DNA of 64,000 nucleotides from NCBI GenBank assembly GCA_009914755.4, contig CP086569.2:21408001-21472000 (forward strand). Direction: 5' to 3'. This stretch comes from the human T2T-CHM13v2.0 reference genome, Homo sapiens. The translations under genes were made by a program, and so were the position numbers. Of the stretch, positions 57,881 to 64,000 are shown in pieces. The notes beneath the pieces were generated by a model that was not told the DNA's origin, did not search any database, and worked only from the letters and a program-made list of their open reading frames with translations. The first letter of the stretch is position 1, and every line of letters begins with the position of its first letter.

Positions 57881-59546
57881 CTAAGACAGACATAGGTGAT
57901 GGTCACACACTCCATTGAGAACCATTGTTCTACATCAGGGTTCTCTACAGCTTTTGTTTTACCAACATGTTTATTAAGATTGTTTCCAGACTGTTCAGAG
58001 GAGTAGAAGGATTTTTAAATTTATTTGTAAACATTCAAATACTCACCAACAATATTGTACAATTTACAGTTTTTCTCTGCTTCATCTATCACACCCATCC
58101 TTCTATTCATCTGATATTACACCTTATATTTTGGCACATTTCCAAACTATTACTTACACTTTGAGTTGAAGAAAATAAACTGAGTCCTTAATTGTATTGT
58201 ATATATGCATTTATAAATTTTTACAACATAAAGTACTCTATATTTACAAAATTTTTTAGTTTTTTTTTCTTTGGAATTGTTTCTGAGTAGTACTTAGTAA
58301 CACTACTCTAATGTAATATAAATTTTAAAGTATACCCAAAAAGAAAATGAAAAGAGATGAAAAATGCATTGTTCTTGTGATCCCAGGAAATCTGAGACAG
58401 GTCTCAGTTAATTTACAAAGTTGATTTTGCCAAAGTTGAGGACGCACCCATGACACAGCCTCGGGAAGCCCTGAGGACATGTACCCAAGGTGTTTGGGGC
58501 ACAGCTTGGTTTACTACATCTTCAGGGAGACATGAGACATCAATCAATATATGTGAAAAGAACGTTGGTTCAGTTTGGAAAGGGAGGGCATCTTGTTAGC
58601 CTTTCTAAAGGAGGCAGTCAGCTATGCATCTAACTCAATGAGCGAAAGGATAACTTTTGAATAGAATGGGAGGCCGGTTTGTCTTAAGCAGTTTCCACCT
58701 TGAGTTTTTCATAGTAATTTTGGGGGCCAAAGATATTTTCGTTTCACATTCTAATATTTTCTTCATGTACCTCCCTTTGGGGACCCTGAGCCAGAGGTTT
58801 TTTGGGGGATTAAACAGAATTGGCATTTACTTCATGTTGCAATAACCAAAAGCATAAATATTTTGTTGTAGATTAAGGGCAAATCTGAACATTTCCACAG
58901 TTGGTGGCCTTGGAGGCCTCTTTGGAAAATTCAGAGAACCTATCCAGACTACCTAGTGGAACACAAAGCTACAAACACAGATGTTAGAATAAGGATCTAG
59001 ACATGGCTAAGATTTTTCTCAGGGAGTGGGGGGGAGTATCTTAGAGTTATGCCATTTCCTTTGGAACTAGGCCCATTAAGGTAACGGGAAGGAATGTAAA
59101 GACAATGGCTATTAAAGGAAGTTTAGTTTCTTTTGAGTTTCTTTTGCTTATTACAAGAGAACACTGTAGATTTATAGATGTTCTAGTTTTACTTCTGTGA
59201 CTACATGGACTCAGAATTTGGTTACGACCATATTTATCCCATTTTTAAAGGAATTACATCTATTTTGTCTGTGTCCACCCTCAGAATATAAGATCTGTAA
59301 CCACTACCACAAAAGGAAGTAAGGACATGCAAAACTTCAAAAATGTTCTGATATATGATATACAATAACATTCCAAAAGAGCATAAAGATTTACTGATAA
59401 CAAAAAGGAAATAAGAAAATCTAATATACAGAATACTCAGTTCAAAACGATTTACTTCACAGTTTACCACTGGGAGTCTTTATATGCAGTAGAATGTTGT
59501 AATAAGAGTTATTTTTCTATGGATCTGATGTTCTTTTCAATTACAG

Positions 59547-59552
59547 ATCTAA
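59547..59552 (+). CDS. EIF1AY: eIF1A exon 7 coding part (Ile144 plus TAA stop). The rest of the exon is 3'UTR.
   Basis: Acceptor caattacag|ATCTAA. Total CDS is 435 nt, 144 aa plus stop. Confidence 0.85.
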   Translation: M

Positions 59553-60370
59553 ATTGAACCAAGTGTTTTTACATGACAAGTTCTCTGAGGATGGTTCTAC
59601 AGTTGGGATTTTGGCCATCATCAACCAAGAAGAGAAATTCATTTAGTGTGTAGTTTCTGAAAGCAAACTGATTTATTTTCATTGTTTTAAAGTATTTATT
59701 TCTTTAAAAGCTGAGGACACTGAATTACCTTAAGTTAAATGTTAATACTTTATTGTTTTGATGTAATGGAACTTAAGGATAAAAGACCATAATATTTGCT
59801 GTTAAAATAAATAAACGAGTGCCTTTCCTACTGTGATAACGTCAAGTAATTGGATATTTTGAATACATTTCTGCCTGATAATCATGCTGGGTTCTAATAA
59901 GCCCTACTTCCACCTAATCTGTTTACAGTCTTTTGGTATGTTTCAGTTACTTAGATGGTCTCATAAGGTTTCTGATACAATTTGAAGACAGAAATCTGCA
60001 TTTAGAATCAGAAAACATGGACATATTTTTCATATTTATCTAGTCATATGTAATTTTATGCTAACATTGATAGTTTATAAATCCTTTTCATCCTTTGTGC
60101 CTCGGTTATTAAGGAAAAAAAAATGTCCAACATACAGTTTTTAAAGTGTGGCAGTTTTGAGTAGTAACTTAGAATGTATAAGATTAAGAGTTAAAGAAAC
60201 CGAACAATAAGTGGCAACCAATTATCTTAACATTGGAAATACTGGGGTGCCATTTTGTTTTCAAAAGTTATTCATTGTAATCCACTGTTTTGGCTTTCAT
60301 GAACAAGTAAATTACAGTGTATAAATGAAAAGCAATTTCATAATAAATTCTATAAACTGAGCCATTCTCA
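59553..60370 (+). other. EIF1AY: eIF1A 3'UTR (about 0.8 kb) up to the distal polyA site. Proximal AATAAA pair at 59806-59815 and distal AATAAA at 60342-60347.
   Basis: aaaataaataaacgag at 59803-59818. taataaattctataaactgagcc at 60341-60363, immediately before the Alu at 60428. Confidence 0.55.
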
Positions 60371-60427
60371 GACTGTCTCTAAACTGCCATAGGAGGAAGC
60401 AACCGTACTGAATGGAAAGATAGTTTC

Positions 60428-61460
<1,033 letters not shown>

Positions 61461-61625
61461 CCTTCCCTCCCCTCCCCTTCCCGTGCCCGGCCGATTTTTT
61501 TTTTTGGATACATGCTAGTAAGAATTTATATCATAATCTTCCCTTTTAAAGTTTTGTTCTGAAAGTTATAAGGTGAATATAAAGGCTGGACTTGTTAAGA
61601 GTTTACTGGGTACTGTTAAATCTTA

Positions 61626-63012
<1,387 letters not shown>

Positions 63013-63349
63013 AAGGAGAGTCTTCAGTTAGTTTGTGAAACATGGTATTTGTTCTCCTGAAAATTTTTCAATAATGAAAATATAAAGGGAATCTGTCATC
63101 CCATGGTTTTAGTAATACAAATATATATGTGAGAGAGAGAAAAACTTCCTATGGCTTCTTAAAATCTTGCCATTTTATTTATTTAATGTGAAAACTCTGG
63201 ATTCAAAATCTAAGGCCAGAAAGTTGGTACATTATTAAATCTAAGAATAAGAAATAAAAGCTCACAGTATATGCAATAATCCCACTTACAGTAACCACAA
63301 ATAAAACAAAATAGCTAGGAATACAGGTAACCAGAGGTGGAAGATTCCT

Positions 63350-64000
63350 AAAAGGAGACAAAACACTGTCAAAAGAAATCAGAGATGACACAAATAAACA
63401 TTTCATGCTACTGGGTTGAAAAAGTCAATATTGTAAAAAATGGCTATACTGCTGAAAGCAATTTTTAGATTAAACTACCAATGCCATTCATTCTTCACAG
63501 AACTAGGAGAAAAAAAAATTAAAAATTCATGTAGAAACAAAAAAGTACCCAAATAGCCAAGCAATCCAAAGCAAAAGGAACAAAGCTTCAGGCCTCACAC
63601 TGTCTGACTTCAAAGAATACTACAAAAGCACAGTAACCAGAACAGCTTGGTACTTGCGCAGAAACAGACACATAGACCAATACAATAAAACTCAGAAATA
63701 AAGCCACACATGCATAATCATATGATCTTTGACAAGGCCAACAAATGGGGAAAGGACTTCTCATTCAGTGACTGATGCTAGAATAACTGGCTAGTCATAT
63801 GAATGCAGAATATTAAAGCTGGACTTGTGTCTTTCACCATATACAACAATTAAGGCTTCAATCTGGGAAAGCTGACTGGAAAGAAAAACTCAAGATGGAT
63901 TAAAGATTTAAATGTAATACCACACACTAAAAATTCTGGAAGAGAGTATTTCTGCTACTGATGAGCAAGATTGCTGAATGGAAGGTTCCACTTATTTTTG
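63350..64000 (+). mobile_element. L1 ORF2 internal fragment, continuing beyond the window
   Basis: It translates to ...[76 protein letters not shown]... Confidence 0.75.

Noticed and set aside
58360-58860. Block resembling an LTR/solo-LTR (gatcccaggaaatctgagacaggtctcag...)
   Set aside because: I could not recognise a family or delimit TG...CA termini, so I left it unannotated rather than guess.

Overview
This window is primate (human-type) genomic DNA, not a prokaryotic locus. About three quarters of it is interspersed repeats, and it contains one protein-coding gene. I found no undescribed biological system and no candidate for one.

The gene is a complete seven-exon eIF1A translation-initiation-factor gene on the + strand, with its ATG at 43077 and stop at 59550-59552. 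The spliced CDS encodes the 144-aa eIF1A protein. Codon 50 is TTG (Leu), and the gene lies on the + strand. Both points favour the Y-linked paralogue EIF1AY over EIF1AX, which I recall carries Met at residue 50 and sits on the X minus strand. This rests on my memory of the two proteins and is not verified. The gene has a CpG-island promoter at about 42690-43420 with GC boxes and a small palindrome. Its likely polyA signal is at 60342-60347.

The rest of the window is a layered repeat landscape:
- Two related class I (gamma-like) endogenous retrovirus proviruses sit tail-to-tail: one on + at about 5.8-13.9 kb, env-deleted, and one on - at about 14.5-28.1 kb with gag-pro-pol-env remnants.
- An Alu inserted into the second provirus integrase, and an SVA later inserted into that Alu. 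Both target-site duplications are visible.
- An old L1 at about 30.2-36.8 kb is interrupted by a full-length Hsmar1 mariner.
- An L1 3' end at 61.6-63.0 kb has a twin-priming inversion.
- Two L1 3' ends sit in tandem at the window start.
- The rest comprises a full MaLR LTR-int-LTR element (-), a MaLR internal fragment, about 21 Alu/FRAM copies (several abutting EIF1A exons), and various microsatellites and minisatellites.

The long ORFs in the six-frame track at 18.5-20.2 kb are artefacts of the SVA GC-rich VNTR.
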